Positions 24,353 to 37,100 of a DNA stretch of 64,000 bases are shown here, one piece after another. Numbering within the stretch: the stretch's first letter is position 1; each line of letters begins with the position of its first letter. This DNA comes from Bilabrum cf. latius. Lineage: Eukaryota. The position numbers were made by a program, and so were the translations under genes. The notes beneath the pieces were generated by a model. It was not told the DNA's origin, searched no databases, and saw only the letters and a program-made list of their open reading frames with translations. The stretch is from positions 496,001-560,000 of the forward strand of contig OZ237742.1 of assembly GCA_965178125.1 (NCBI GenBank), in the 5' to 3' direction.

Positions 24353-27300
24353 TCACGTTTCGCCGCCTGCCTCCACAGCCAAGTCCGCACGGGGCAACGC
24401 ATCTGCCGCCGCGGCGCTGCCGTGTGGAACCACGAGCTTGGCCGCGATTCCATCCGGCTGCACGTAGGCAAGAAGAGACTGGAGGTCCTTGCCGACCGGC
24501 AGCTCGTACGCGTCCTCCCGCTTCAGCAGAATTTCCATGACCTTCGCCTCCCTCTTGGCGGTGCTTGCCACCTACACCAGCCGCTGCAGCTCGCCGTCCT
24601 CTTGCGCCATCACCCGCGTGAAATGAGGAGCAGTCCTGCTGGCAGGCATGCCGTCTACCGGTGCCGTCGAGGCCCGGGAGGCGCCAGGCCTAGATGCTCT
24701 TGCCGCACCGTGCAACGGCCACTTTGCATCTGAGCCTGATAGCTTGGCAAGGCCCGCAGCTACGGGACGACCATACGTCCCGGCCTGCACAGGGCTAGCA
24801 CGCACGTCTGAAGAAGCCGAAGCAGCTGCCATTTCTGGTGATTTTGGTGGAGAACCCGTGCCGTATTCCTTAGGGCTTGTTCTCTGGTTTCTGGACGCTG
24901 TCCGCCGCCCGCTCTTCACCAGCCTAGCCTTAGCGTTGTTGGCCACCATCGTTCGCAGCCTTTCCCTGTCCCCGTGGGGCATCTACTGCATGCGATTCAC
25001 CTCTCTGTGCATGGCCCTCTCCGAGGCGGTGCCCAGGGCGGTAGATGCCACCACTTCGCCGTCCATAACCAGCCTCTCTCCGAAGACTGGGCGCCCGTCC
25101 CACCCTTTCGGTGCCCCGCCGGTGGCTGACGCCTGCGCACCGCGAGAGCCCGCCCTGCGCTTGCTGCTTTGTCGGGCAGGCGTGCGGCTCTCCCCCTCGG
25201 ATTCCGAGCCAGATGAAGACGAGGAAACGGATTCGTAGCCAGACACGGCAGACAGCCTCCCTGTTGCATCCTTGGTGGCAGACCCGCCTAGGCCCGACGT
25301 CTCGTGCATCAGCCGTCTGTATGCCTTCGCTTCTAGCTTTTCTAATATGGATGCTGTTTTGTGCACGCTGCTCTCCTGCTCGTCCAACTAAGTTTCGAGT
25401 GGCTCCAAGCCCTTGGGCCTCCGGAAGGGGGAGAAAGCCACGTCTGCCTCTGAGGGGCTCGAGGACCCCGGCTGGTCGCGGGCCTGAGCAGCGCTTCCAG
25501 TCCTTGCGCTCGCCTGCTTTCTGGGCCGGGTGATGGTCGACTTCTCGAGCATGGCCAGATTCTGGGAGGCTTGTGTCATCAGGCTCGTGGATCTGAGGTA
25601 CCTGGCCTCTTCCTCGTTCCCTGCCTGTCCATGTGCAATCCGCTCCACCTCGCCGTCGATTCGCTTGCCAGTCGCCTGCAGCCGTACCCACAACGGCTTC
25701 TTCGGGCGCCGAATGGTCAGCCCACTGCGAGCACCTGGGTGTTGGGCCGGCTAGCTGCCCCTGGACTGCTTGCTTGCTGCAGTGCCAGCCCGTGACGACT
25801 TCGATTTCGATGCCATCGACCATGGCCGGCTGCCCGTCAGTGCGTCGTGCTCGTCCAGCTCGTCGCTATCCACTACCTCGTCGTCCCACATGGACTCGTC
25901 GACGCCCCTTGCGGCTGTCTTTGCCCCGGCAGTGTCCGGCTCGCTTGATTCGGGACGTCTTGCCAAGGAAGCATCGGCTGTGGACCGCTGCACGGAATTG
26001 TGCTTGGCATCAGACCGATCCTGCAGCTGTGTGCCTAATTTCGCAGATAGTTTCTGGGCGACTCGCTTGTAGTAGCTCGGCCCTGCGTCTCCTTTCGCTG
26101 CTTCATGCTGCAAGTAGAGCCTGTCTGCCGCCCTCTACGCCTCTAGCCGCGCTTGGTGCATTCTCATGGAGAACTGACTTCCAGAGGCCATGCGGATGCT
26201 GTGGGTCGCTGTCCTGATCTCCACCGCAACTAGGCTGTCCCCTTCATCTGCAGGTAAGTCGTCGCTGGCTCGGTCATATCCCCCGTGCCGCATGCGGCGG
26301 GCTCGCGCCAGCTGCGCCCGAGCCTGTGATGTAAGTGCATCACCGTGCCTGTGCGACCTAGTGGTACGCTTGCCACCGCCGGTGTCGACCAGAAACACCT
26401 GAAAAACGCCGCGGAGATCCACCTTGAAGGGGCCATGCACGCCGCTCTCCAGCCGGTTCAATATGACCCGCCTGGCGCCCATATACCGCCGCATGTACTC
26501 GAGGGAAGTCTGCGCCACAGCACTACGCAACGACCTGCGGGACATATCAGCAGGAAGCTTGGACGTTGCTGCAACACCAGCGGCCTCTCCATGGTCCCCC
26601 TTTCCACCGGCACCCTCGATAGAGCCTGCCAATGACTTGCCAGCTAAACCGGTGTCGGCAGGGGGCCCGGCAGCCCGAGCCGTCTCTGCCTCCTGTTGCT
26701 CGGCTTGATGAGCCAACATGGCCTCGATTCTCCGCGATTCGATTTCTTGCAGAGAAGGTGGCACCTCCACGGCATGCTTGGCATCACCGCATAGGTAGAG
26801 CCAGTCCTAGGAGAGGTATACCTTGCTCCCGTTGAGGAGCTTGTCACCCTTTCGCAAGATCTGGTTGTTGGCGGACCTGCCGCCAAGCGCGTGCTTGTCC
26901 TCGCTCTTGACGGCATTCGCGAGGTCATGCATATGGGCCTCCATGCGCTTCCTCACGGCCAGGTCCTTTGGATGCATCTCAGCTTCTCGCCGCTGCTTGG
27001 CCAGTTTTTCCTCGTTGCCGCTGCTTTTCCATTCAAATGCGGCCTCGTCTGCGTCTGAGGTGAGCTGCTTAGACTAGCCACTTTTCGCTCCCACGCTGGA
27101 ACCTCCACCCGACTCGCCTGTGGACGAACGGGCCTTGGGGCCTCCGTCTTTATCATCTTGCATCGAGATGGGGGCGTTCGACTTGCGCGTCTCTGGGCCT
27201 ACGGCGCCCAGCACGCTTCCGTCGGAGAGCCTCGTCTTGTACGCCGGTTCCACGAGCCACTTGCCCAGCACGATGGCCTTCTTGTTCGCCTGCTGGTACA

Positions 27301-29950
27301 GCACGCGGTAACCCGGATCGCCTGGCTTGTATGCGCCTTCAACGTTCTCTTGCGTGGTTGGCCCGAGCAACACGTTCTCAGCTTGAGCACGGGGCACGAA
27401 GGCCTTGGTGGGCACCGGAACGCCCAGCTCTCCGCCTACCTTGTCGATGGGGTTGATTTCTTCCGCGCTACCCATTGCTTTTCCGCGCAACCGCTGGCTT
27501 GCATCGCCAGCCACGTCATCGGCGTCGAATTGCTCCGTCACGCTAGCCCTTCGCTTCGATATGCCACCAAGGCCCACGGCATTCTGATGGCACCTGCTCA
27601 CGTACTTGACCACCATGTCATCGAGCGTGATGAGAGCTTTCTCAGCGGTGCTGCCGCCACCCGTCTGCACTACGTGACTGGCAAACATGGATTCTGCCAC
27701 AGGGCCATTGGTGGGCGAGAGCTTTGACGCATTTGCTGCCTTGGGATTCGACTGGCCGCTCGGTGACCCTGCCTGCTTGCTTTTGGTACTGTCGGTAATC
27801 CCTCGCAAGGTGATCGCCTTCCTTGCCCTAGCCATGAGCTGCCTTGCGATGGGAGCCGCTTCTTCTGTTCCGCTGGCATGCCCCCCTTGTTTGCGGTTGG
27901 TCGCTTTGGCAGGCAGTCCCGCGTTCGCGCCGCTGCTGTCAAGTGCGTCCAGGACAGCCTATACCTGGTCTGAAGGGATATCCTTGGCCTGCTCTAGCAG
28001 CCCCTTCTCCCGAAAATCCGGAGGCACTGCAAGCAGGTTCATGGAGTCGTTGCGCACCGCATCGAGCGCCGTTGCGGTGTAGGGTGCAGACGCCGCCTGC
28101 TCCAGCTCCACACCCTGCTGCACGTGGGTGCCCAGAACGCTGCCCTTGCGCCACGTGCCTTCCCCCCTCCCACCAGCGACAACCAACCACACAGGGTCAC
28201 CGAGTCGAATGACAGCGCCATTACTCGGGCTGCTTAAATCGACTACTTTGAACAGAAAGAAGGGGCACGGGATCATGCGGCTGTCCCCAGGTCCCACCCG
28301 AGTGGCCTGAAACGGCGACACGCCCCGCTCCCTCCACCGAGGCTCAGGCGCCTGCAGTCTCACCTCCCCGCTGAGAGGGTCGACGACAAGGAAGCGGCCG
28401 TCTGCACTCGCGAGTGCTATCGTGCTGCCGTACGATACAGCGCTGGACATGGACTCTGCAAATAGCGCGTTTGCCTGTATGCCCGCACGCTTGTCTCGCA
28501 CCCGCTTCGCTATGGCGATCCCCGCAGAAATGGCCGCGGTTTGACTGCCCTGCTGCTGCCCGTGACCCCCCAGCACGTGCTCGATGCGATCATGCAGGCT
28601 CCATCCGTACGAGACGCGCCCGAACTCAGACAGCGACCCGCGCCCACTGCCACGGCTGCTCCCGCCCGTACGCCTGGCTAGGTCCGCGAGCGCAGTGCCA
28701 GGGTACTACGCCTCGATGCCTCTCATAGCAGTCGTGAGCGCCTTTCCATCTATGGCTCGGCTCGGGGCCAGAGCGCGGGGGCCTTGTCTGGATGCCAGCG
28801 GCTGCCCCATGTTTTCCCTAATGACCCTGTCCTCGATGATGAGCGCCGCCTCCTGCTGCACGTGGTCACGTACGCCGCCATCTCCAGTGTTTGGTTCTTC
28901 TACTACGTCTTCTGGGTGCTTTCTGTTGGCCGTGCTTGCCTCTTCTTGAGCTGGCACGGTGGTCTCGCCAGGCTCGTCGCCTTTGGCATCGTGCTCCCCT
29001 GCAGCACTCAAGAACAGCCTGGCGAGGTCCCTGGCCCTTGCCACCTTATTGGCCGCTTGAAGAGACTTCCGACTCTTCGAAGCACCGCTGTTCAGAGCCT
29101 TCCTGCGCCTGTACAAGCTGCGCAGCGAAACCCTATCGTCTTCCTTGCTAGCATCCTACTCATTTCCAGCCTGGCTGCTCCCCCCACTGCCTGCACTTGC
29201 ACGCTTCAACCTGTTGTCGTGCTCCTCCAACTGTTTCTTGCGGTGGCGTGCTACTTCCTCCAGCCTACGAGCTTCTGCTAGCGTGGTTGCTTGCAGGCTG
29301 TGCTTCATTCTGTGCTTAAAACGACTGGCGGCAGGGTTGCCGGGTCTGGGGGCGTCTCGCGTCGACAGCTCCGGGCCGTTCTTGCTGCTGCTCGTGGAGC
29401 CGTGGAGTTCTTCCTCTGCCAGAATCGGACCTGCCTCTGCTTTCGATGAGACTACTTCCAAAGCGCCGCTGGACGAGCCGAGAGACTGGCAGTGGCTGCC
29501 GCGCGACGGCAACGAACCTGCCGAGCCGAAGCCAGTGGCAACGGCTGCTGCCGCCCCTGCATCGGTTTCGCTCGGTAAGCTGTACAGGCTGGGCATTTCA
29601 TCCAGACTTCCAACTGGCATGCCTTCCATGGGCTGCCCAGTGTAGGTATGATCTGAACTTCCATCAGCCCGGCGGTGATGGGAGTGCAGCACGGGTCGGA
29701 ATGCCGCGTCGCCTGGTTCAGAGGTCGGCGGCGGTGCTAGCGAAGCGGTTGCCGCGCTTCGGAGAGGAGAAAATACCCGGCTGTCTCGCTCCTCAGAAGG
29801 TCTTTTCCGCTTCAGATCGAGATTACGCTTTACGTCGTCGGCAAACGACAGACGGGACTCGTGGGCAGCTGCCTGCGGCAACTCCACTGAACCCCACTGC
29901 CTGAGCGATCTACTCTCCAACTCATTATTTCCGTGCTCCATAGCGCTCAT
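24353..29950 (-). CDS. Large hypothetical protein, ~1865 aa when TAG is read as Gln
   Basis: Ten consecutive minus-strand ORFs (29156..29950 down to 24353..24571) share one frame; the stops checked are TAG; terminal TGA 24353-24355. No family recognised. Confidence 0.7.
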
Positions 29951-30480
29951 GATAGAATTTAAAACCGAAGCGGGCGGCTTAGTCCTCTTGCTTCGCTATG
30001 CCGCAATGACTACTGGGCTCGACAAGCCTGTTGCTAGCCGTTGCCCCCTTCGAACAACATGAAGCAACGATTCCGACTTTGCTCTGCGACACTTGCGCGG
30101 CGGACGAATTGAAGTATGCACAAAAATCACCACACGCAGCCGCTACATTGTCCGCCTGCGGCTCATAGCGAGACGAATAATATAATGCCAGCTCTTACAC
30201 GAAAGACCACACTGGCGCATTCCTAGACATTGTTTTCGGGTCCCTTCCTCGCCGTACTGAAGAATAATACCGTTCCAGGCCATCTGACTTGGCTTCCTTT
30301 CCAGCATCATCCATTTGATCGCTTTTAAATGGACAAGTTGCGGCCATCGTCACATCGGCGATTAATACAGATTTCGCCGTCGTGAACAAGTTACGTGTAA
30401 TTGCGAGTTGCCTTTGGGCAGTCACGGCCTTTCAGTGGCTGTGAGGTTGCCAACTACGTTGCCGGGAGTATTTCTGTACC

Positions 30481-33300
30481 ATGTCCCACGTTGTGTATCA
30501 CTAGTTTATATGGAGACGGGGAGGTGACAGCGTACAGGTCACAGGTAGCTTCAGAGGATGGAAGGATGGGGTCCCCATGCAGAAGCTCGCAGATGGCAGT
30601 TACGGTGAGATGGATTTGCTGGCGCTGCACCACTCCTTAATTAGTTATCAGTCGTCCTGGAGCGGGCTAAACCATGTGCTTCGCTGCTGAGGTCCTCTTG
30701 CCACGTGAATCAGTCGATTCTATCTGGTTGAAATCAGCGTCGCAGTGGCATACGTGCAACTTCCTGCGAATTCGAGAATTCACTACAAGTACATTGTGGA
30801 CCGAAATTGGTAGTATGATCCATCCGCTTCATGGGAACATGATGGGTACGGCAACATCAACAACGTGCTGATAACTGAAGGCACCGCAAGATCGGGTTCA
30901 GCTGGACTACCAGGAGGCAGTCCGCCCGGCTCCGCGGTGGCCGAAAAAGCATCCTCACATGATGATTCCCCCTTACCTGATGGAATCTACCAGCCCGAAG
31001 CATTGTCTGCCGAAGCTGCAACGGCAATGCACGAGGCCAACGCATTCAGCATGGCCCTTGCTCACCCGTCAGGCTCTGGCCGCGGCGACACCACTGGCAT
31101 GAGAACCGCCGCCGCTGGTCCCGCGGGGTCTGATTCAGGATCGCTTGCCGCTACCATGGCAGGCATGCGTGCGAGATCGGATGGCTCTAGCTCCGCCGGT
31201 GGTCAGCATGCGGCTCGCGCAGCGGAGGGCAGACTGCTGATCGAGTCGGCACTGCTGGACGGCGGGCCAGTGGAAGTCCCCGAGATCGCGCGGCCTTTCA
31301 TGCAGTGGGCCACCCCTGCAGAGGTGGTGGCAGCGGTCCGCTCGATGCGCACCACGCCACCAGTCCCGCAGGAAGTGAGTGAAGGCGGCGGCGATCCCAC
31401 CACCACCACCACCGCCACCCCACAGGGCGAAGATAGGGCCAGGCCTGCCGGCATCACGTCCAAGGAGACCCACGATGAGGCTGAGAGTCCCACCGACGCA
31501 CCTCCCGACTCACCCATGGGCGAGGGCATGCCAGAGAGTCCCAGAATCACGGTGCAGTCGCTCACGGGAGCCACTGGGTCCGGGCCTGGATCTGCGACGG
31601 CCCCCCGTCCCGTGGCTCGCAGCGAGAAGGGATCAGAGGACACACTGGGCCTGAAAGTGGCGGCGGGTCTGGACTAGATCATCGGAGGGGGGCGCGTGTC
31701 CAGCACGGGCGAGATGCGGAACATCAAGGACGACAAGGCGCGCTCCAATGACCTGCACGTCCACATGAAAGAGTACGGTCTAGAACCTGTGACGGTTGCT
31801 GCGGCCGGTGCCGCCGCACCGGCGGCATCGTCATCCGGGGGCGGTTCGTCCACGGCACCTGCAGAGGCCCTGCAGGCCCTGAGGGCCTCGTTTGTCGAGC
31901 AGAGCGACTCCCAGGCAGCCGCGTACAAGCATGCGCGGACGGCTGGAGCCGCCGGTGCTGCATCCGGGACGTCCCCTGGCGCGCCATCTGACGCGTCCGT
32001 GCTGAGCTCTGGCCGAACCACCGGCAGAGGCGCCGGAGGCAGCACAACGATGCTGTCGCACGTTGCCGCCACTGTGAGGAAGGAGGGCAAGCTGGTCATC
32101 GCCGTCGTGGGGCTGCCGGCCCGCGGCAAGACGTACATCGCGCGCAAGCTGAAGCGGCACCTTACCTGGATGGGTCTCAAGACAGAGATATATAATGTGG
32201 GCAACTACCGTAGGAAGCATATCGGGGCGGCACAGCCGGCCGGTTTCTTCGATCCGTCCAACAGGGAAGGTGTGCGCCTGCGGCGGCAGATGGCCAGCGC
32301 CGCGCTGGAGGAAATGATGCGAGCGTTGCAGGGCGATGTGGACATTGCCGTGTTCGATGCCACCAACTCGAGCAGGGATCGGCGGGCCTGGCTACGGTCC
32401 GCGCTGGCGTCCCAGTTCGGCGACACGGTGCGGCTCATGTTCCTTGAAAGCATCTGCACAGATGAAGCAACCATTCGGAGCAACGTGCGCGAGACCAAGC
32501 TGAAAAGCCCCGACTACCAGCACATGACGGAGGCTGAGGCCGTCTCGGATTTCTTGCAGCGGATCGCGCACTACGTCAAGGTGTACTAGCCTGTGGACGA
32601 GACGGAAGACGTCCCTTACATCAAGCTGGTAGACGTAGGACGTTAGATCGTTGCGAATCGGGTGCAGGGATACCTGAACTCAAGGATTATGTTCTTCTTG
32701 TCCAACCTGCACATCACCCCGAGGCCTATCTGGATCACTCGGCACGGGGAGTCGCAGTATAATGTCCTCGGCAGGATCGGGGGCGACAGCAAGCTGTCAC
32801 CCCGGGGATCGGAGTACAGCCGAAGGCTGGCAGAGTTCATGAAGCGGCACTATCCCGACGAGAAGCGGCTGACGGTGTGGACCTCGACGCTGCGACGGAC
32901 ATCTGAGACGGGGCAGCACCTGGAGCAGGAGCTGGTCCAGTGGAAGCAGCTCGACGAGATCGAGGCCGGCGTGTGCGACGGGATGACGTACGAGGCCATC
33001 GCAGCGACCATGCCGGACGAGTATCGCGCCAGAGCCAAGGACAAGTACAACTACAGGTATCCCAGGGGGGAGTCCTACCGCGACCTGACCCACCGGCTGG
33101 AACCTGTCATCATGGAGTTGATGCGGCAGAAGGGACCTGTGCTCATTATTTCGCACCAGGCCACCCTTCGCGTGCTCTATGCGTATCTTACCGACAAGCC
33201 GCCGTCTTCCTGCCCCAAGCTCATGATGCCGCTGCATACGTTGGTGCAACTCACGCCTAAAGCATACGGCTGTGAGGAGGTGCGGCATGAACTCATGTGA
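30481..33300 (+). CDS. PFKFB: Bifunctional 6-phosphofructo-2-kinase/fructose-2,6-bisphosphatase with N-terminal CBM48 (AMPK-beta-type) domain; intron 30605-30745
   Basis: VGLPARGKTYIARKL P-loop, FDATNSSRDRR, TKLKSPDY, ITRHGESQYN, LDEIEAG, RYPRGESY, ISHQA. N-terminus FIWRRGGDSVQVTGSFRGW..YKYIVDRNW(TAG)YDP..DGYGNINN; ends TGA. Confidence 0.92.
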
Positions 33301-33349
33301 TCAACGCCATGAAATGGGAACAACTCACTTTTGTGATCCCTGCCATTAG

Positions 33350-33526
33350 CGGCCTGGAGTGGGCCCACAGATAAAAAAGGTCGGCAAGCTCCCCAAGTGC
33401 CCAGCGGGTCCGCTCGGCAAGCAGCTGGAAGGTCCTTGCCAGCTGGGAGGGAACCACGGGCCCCTTGGAGAAGAAGAGGCCCTTGGTTGCTCTATCTGTA
33501 GAGAGGCAGCGTCGTTCTGATCGTGG
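33350..33526 (+). pseudogene. Inverted, diverged duplicate of the last ~56 codons of the MYCBP2-like gene
   Basis: Matches the reverse complement of ~41423-41599; reads RPGVGPQIKKVGKLPKCPAGPLGKQLEGPCQLGGNHGPLGEEEALGCSICREAASF-TGA. Confidence 0.85.
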
Positions 33527-34161
33527 AAATTCGTGACTTGTCGGCAGACTCTCCGTTGAAGTGTCGCGGTGCTGTGGGCGAGGTGCGCTAGCCGGCGCGC
33601 GTGTGCGTAGGCAACGAGCTTAAGCATTCAAGTGCAGCGGGCGCTGCGTAGCCTCGGTCGCATTGAAGTGGTCATGCAAGCCGTGCGTTGCTTGTCGCTA
33701 CTTAGGCAGATTGTCGGTCGCTGGGCCGCCTCTGTGGGATGACCGGCGGGCGACCCGCGCCTGGCCAGTCTGCGTGGCTCCACTGCGTTCAGGAGAGGGG
33801 CGGAGATTGGGTAATTTTGCCCACCCTCCCAACCCCCTCCTCGGCGGAGTAGTAGTGCACGTGCTCTTCCCAGCCCCGGTCAGTCCGGTCAAGAGTCGCG
33901 CACAGGCACAGCTTTGTCAGATCTGAATGATTATGAGAATAGGTTGCGCATACACTCTGGCATCAGTTGCGTGAACTCGTGTGATATCCGTTGGTGAGGC
34001 CGGCAAGGTCTTTGAGATTGAGGTCACGCGGTGGGCGCAGGACCCGCTCGAGGTGCAGGAGGAGATGCGAGATGGAACTTGCCATCGCGCAGTTATAGTA
34101 TGGTAGTCACGCTTAGGTGTCTAACTCTATCGTAAAAGATCTATTGACGTCATGGTCACAT

Positions 34162-37100
34162 TCAATCATCATCCATATATTCTAATAGCAAATCTACGCA
34201 CCGAGTATGTCCACCTATGGTCGCAGCTTCGAGTGCTGAGACATGCTGGCCCGGGCCCGTTTCAACTAGCAATGAAAGTCCGCCTGCCTTCCAACCTAGC
34301 CGGAGCCTAGCTTGCAGCTCCTTGTACCGCCCATGCATCGCTGCTAGCGGTACAAGTGGTGCATCGCGGTGGGCGCCGTGCGCAGCTCGAAATCCCAACA
34401 CAGCTTCAAGGCGAGTACGACGTACAACGGGTTCGCACATACATTGCTAGACTCCAGGATCAGACTCTGTAGACTGCTGCAAAAGCTGTGATCTGTCCGA
34501 TGCCAGAATACGTCGTACGTTCAGAACGGTCGTATGTGCGGCATCGAAGGAGTCGACAATTAGTGGATGGGTGCGAAGAAACGGTCGGTTGGCGTGAATG
34601 CTCAGGTGTCCATCGATCCTGGATTGGACCCGATCAAACGGTTCTGCAGCATTGTAGAACTCCACAACAGCCTATTTGGCATCCTACATGCGCCCAATCT
34701 CGGCACGCGACTGCCTGGCCGTCCTGATGAGTGCCTCTCGGCATGAAGCCACGCACTGGATCCATCGGATTGCCGAGTCTCGTCCTTGGATCCTGTTGGC
34801 AGCACCAACGCCCAGATTTTGAATCACAAGCCGATCAGATCGAGAACATAGTCCGGGTACCCACTGATCAGCAGGAACACCAATCGAAAGCACACGCTCT
34901 CCCACCTTGGGATAGCACATCATGCGAGCTAGACCCATGGTTCTGACCATGCCTTCCTCTGCATCCAGTCCACCAACTACTGATTCTCGCATCCTGTTGA
35001 AGTCTAGCAGCCATGGCTTCCTGGCAATGTTCTTCTCCCAATTGTTGGCCTGGAATACTACGCTCTCGAATCGATCGCGGCCGATTGCAACAAACACCCA
35101 ACGCAGCCCGTCGATGCTGCGTGGTGGTGCATGGCCTCCTAGTGCAACTCTGAGGGCCTCTAGTACCACCGCAGGATTCTGTTGCATCAGACAGACTCCA
35201 ACCACACCGTCACGATCTACTCGCCCGATAGCAGAGCCGCGGCCTTCAACGACCTCATCCTTGCTAAAGTAGAGCTGGTCGAAGCGATCGCCGGGAACCT
35301 CCACCCTAACCTCTTCAAGCACACGATCCTAGTCAGTTGGGCAATTGCATGCCAAGAGAGTACCCATATTCAGTTGGGCGCGCTGCTATAGGTCTATTTC
35401 GCCCCCCATACAACCCTCCCATACGCTGCCCACGGCTGGATCAGGGTAGGCAGGGGCGGCTCGACCTTGCACAAACCGAGGCGAAATAAGAGATGCAGCA
35501 GCATCTAGAAATCTCTCAACACGATCCCATTTGACGCGAAGGACGGGGTGCTCCTTAAGCCTCGGCTCTCCCTTAAATGTCCTTTCCAGTTTTCGAAGTG
35601 ACATACAGACTGGAGCACGTGACGGACCGCCAATGAAGTTCAAAGTCGTCTTATTTACCTCTGTCACGGTACTCGGCCGCCCCCTTGATTGGTATGCTGC
35701 CTCGATCGCAGGTATAACAAGGTGCGCGTGGTTCGACACCAACACGGCGAAACGGATACACTGCCACCGAGTAGTTCGCTACCTGCCAGTTCCTAACAGG
35801 CGACTACCGGGGCCAACAGTCGGCAATACCGTCGGCGGCCAATCTTCTGCACCCACATAGACATCAATGGCTTCAGCATCGTTGAACTTTGCATCGCAAT
35901 GCGCCGACTCTTCTGTGAGAAAAGGAGGACCAGCAAAGCCGGTAGACAGTGCTGCCGGCATCCTGACCGGGAATGCTGCCAAAATTGCACGTACTCTGGG
36001 TCCATTTAGTGCTGCTGGATCCTGCTACTAGCGAGGACTACTAGTAGACTGACTAGCCTCGAGTAACATTGAGTCTATTTCCGCATCAGATGCAGCAAGG
36101 CGGCAAATGTCGAACGCAACGCCCCGCCACTATGTAACCCTGGATCGCAGCAGCGAGGGTGAGCGCCGAATGTATTTGAAGATTAACTGTGGACAGTCCC
36201 GTAATTCTACACTGTTCACTAAGGCCCGCAGAACAATTTGTGCTTGTTGCCGAATCCCACCTGTCTCATGATTGTCCACAATACTTCGAGTCGCGCGTCG
36301 ACGGTGTTCGTCATTCCTCCATACTTGAATACCAGGAATAGAACCTGGAGGAGGAGGACCAAACGTATCAATGAGACCAAGAACAGTATCCAGAGAAGCA
36401 TACATAGTGTTCATTGTCAAGTTCGCCCTATGCAGATCCGGCCATCGCAACGGGTTCAATGAAATAATACTGCGGGATGCTGCTTCTGCTGTGCCAGTGA
36501 ATGGTGTGGACGGTAGCCATGCCAACAGACGTCCAAAGCACTCCAAAGATAGGTGCCCGCGAACCGCACATACTCGGCGATACAAATTTGTACGCTAGTC
36601 CTGATTGCGGTAAAGATGCTTCATCTCTGCCACCTTTGCGGTGCCATGGGCCGACGAAGTAAATCTCAACAAAGAGCAAGCCACGGTGAAAGAATGCGAC
36701 TGGCGGTTCATAAAATAATACAGCTGGCGCTCAGGAATATCAGCTATTGCTGCTAGCTTGCTGGCCGCAATACCACTAACTGCGTTGCGTGCGTTCTCAG
36801 CTATCGTCCTTTGCTCTCTCTCTGCGCCGTCAGCCGCAAGCTGCATGATGGTATCGGGGACGATGCAACCCTGCCAATGCTGAAGGACTGCCACATCTTC
36901 TACAAGTGGGGCAGCACCACCGATATGAGCGTGATTCTACGTGGCCAGCATGGGAAGGGCGCTGTTCAGAAAATCGTACTCGGCAGCCACTGCCACCCCC
37001 TTCTAACTCGATGCTGAGTCAGCTCCGCGCACAAGCGCAGGCCCGCGAGAATCTGCAAGGCACTCCAATTTCACCTTTGCAATAGCAACTGTAAACGAAA

